From: a bacterium
GTDB taxonomy: Bacteria > Patescibacteriota > Minisyncoccia > Phycocordibacterales > UBA9973
Direction: 5' to 3'
Assembly: GCA_037130655.1 (NCBI GenBank)
Contig: JBAXSP010000001.1
Span: forward strand, 37,641 to 101,640
Length of the DNA stretch: 64,000 nucleotides
Both the position numbers and the translations under genes were made by a program. Below the pieces are notes generated by a model. That model was given only the letters and a program-made list of their open reading frames with translations. It did no database searches and was not told the DNA's origin. Below are positions 63,360 through 64,000 of the stretch, one piece after another (position 1 is the first letter of the stretch; each line of letters opens with the position of its first letter).

Positions 63360-63638
63360 TCATTTCTGAAACCGCTTAAAGCCTGATGGTCTTGTACCCA
63401 ATAAAGTAATTTTCTTTTGCACTGAAGATGATTGACTTAAATATTCCTTCTTAAAACCATCGTTAGACTGATTCTGTTTATTCGTATTTAAATAAAACCA
63501 TACAACTAGAAATAAAGGTACTCCGATGTACAGTAGCTCGAAAAAACTCTCTAAACGACGACCGCCTATTTCATCTTCTCTGTACCAACGATCATATTCT
63601 TCTAGCCTTCTTTTTTCCATTTCTTCTTCTTTTGTCAT
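63360..63638 (-). CDS. hypothetical small membrane protein
   Basis: Likely starts at MTKEEEMEKRR; one TM segment. Confidence 0.35.
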   Translation of the reverse strand: MTKEEEMEKRRLEEYDRWYREDEIGGRRLESFFELLYIGVPLFLVVWFYLNTNKQNQSNDGFKKEYLSQSSSVQKKITLLGTRPSGFKRFQK

Positions 63639-63789
63639 TTTTATATAAATTAATTTGGTTGCTTCAAATTCCGTAAAGAAACTGAAGTAACCAATTAATC
63701 TATAATTCAAAGAACTTTCTACTCCTACATAATAACATATTATATGTACATTTGTCAATAGTAAAAGACCCTTATAACAAAGGGTCTTT

Positions 63790-64000
63790 TACTATTGCTT
63801 TCTTATATTATTTACTGAGATACTTCCCCATAAATTCCTCCTTGAATTCTATAAATCGATCTTCCAAAATCGCTTGGCGCATATCGGCAACGAGATGGTT
63901 GATGAAGTAGAGATTGTGAAGTGAGCCCAAAATTCCAGCTAGCATTTCTTTGCTGTGATACAAGTGAGAAATATATGCTCTCGTATATCCCGTGCGAGCC
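63790..64000 (-). CDS. tgt: queuine tRNA-ribosyltransferase, C-terminal fragment (gene continues beyond window end)
   Basis: Minus-strand frame is open to the window edge. It translates ...ARTGYTRAYISHLYHSKEMLAGILGSLHNLYFINHLVADMRQAILEDRFIEFKEEFMGKYLSK, which is the conserved Tgt C-terminus. Confidence 0.75.

Overview
This 64-kb window is a low-GC, gene-dense bacterial chromosomal segment. Gene content suggests a reduced-genome lineage, possibly Candidate Phyla Radiation/Patescibacteria-like: three paralogous 'four-helix-bundle / 23S-IVS (S23-like)' genes, a lamin-tail-domain surface protein, an ECF sigma with a DUF5667 anti-sigma partner, and short versions of ValS and HolB. This lineage call is an inference from gene content only.

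Part 1. Housekeeping genes recognised from motifs in the ORF track: priA (5'-truncated)-rpsU-ybeY-ftsA-ftsZ-trxB, gmk, tsaD, valS, a PrsW-like protease, Hsp20, lepA, murJ, a large O-antigen-ligase-like/TPR membrane protein, leuS, ychF, type-II NADH dehydrogenase, ECF sigma with DUF5667 anti-sigma, rlmB, rsmE, rseP, frr, holB-like, mreB, gatB, obg, an L,D-transpeptidase and tgt (3' partial). Five tRNAs were folded by hand: Glu-TTC, Val-GAC and Phe-GAA on the plus strand, Arg-CCT and Asn-GTT on the minus strand. Two short genes missing from the ORF track were found: a 50-aa lmo0937-family membrane protein and a 42-aa basic protein. Many rho-independent terminators are listed.

Part 2, most interesting results:
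1. A family of three homologous, co-oriented structured non-coding elements of about 130-170 nt lies immediately 3' of tRNA-Glu, tRNA-Phe and tRNA-Asn. They share conserved sequence blocks and show compensatory base changes that preserve a helix. Each is joined to its tRNA through a long perfect hairpin that includes the tRNA 3' acceptor strand. The tRNA-Phe locus also carries degenerate copies of the tRNA 5' half and 3' end.
2. A recurring intergenic architecture of tandem 7-nt repeat arrays (TAGTCAT/CTAGTNA type) arranged as inverted arms around long perfect hairpins. All three four-helix-bundle (Avd/23S-IVS family) genes sit inside such inverted-repeat cassettes, and matching cassettes without a gene exist elsewhere in the window.
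3. A three-gene operon encoding a membrane protein, a TraD/VirD4-like coupling ATPase with a long disordered tail, and a lamin-tail-domain surface protein.
4. A short eukaryotic-like protein-kinase-fold protein, a SET-domain protein beside tRNA-Asn, an AT-rich islet downstream of tRNA-Glu, and a 19-bp perfect palindrome upstream of an orphan gene.

No CRISPR array, transposase, integrase or reverse transcriptase was recognised.
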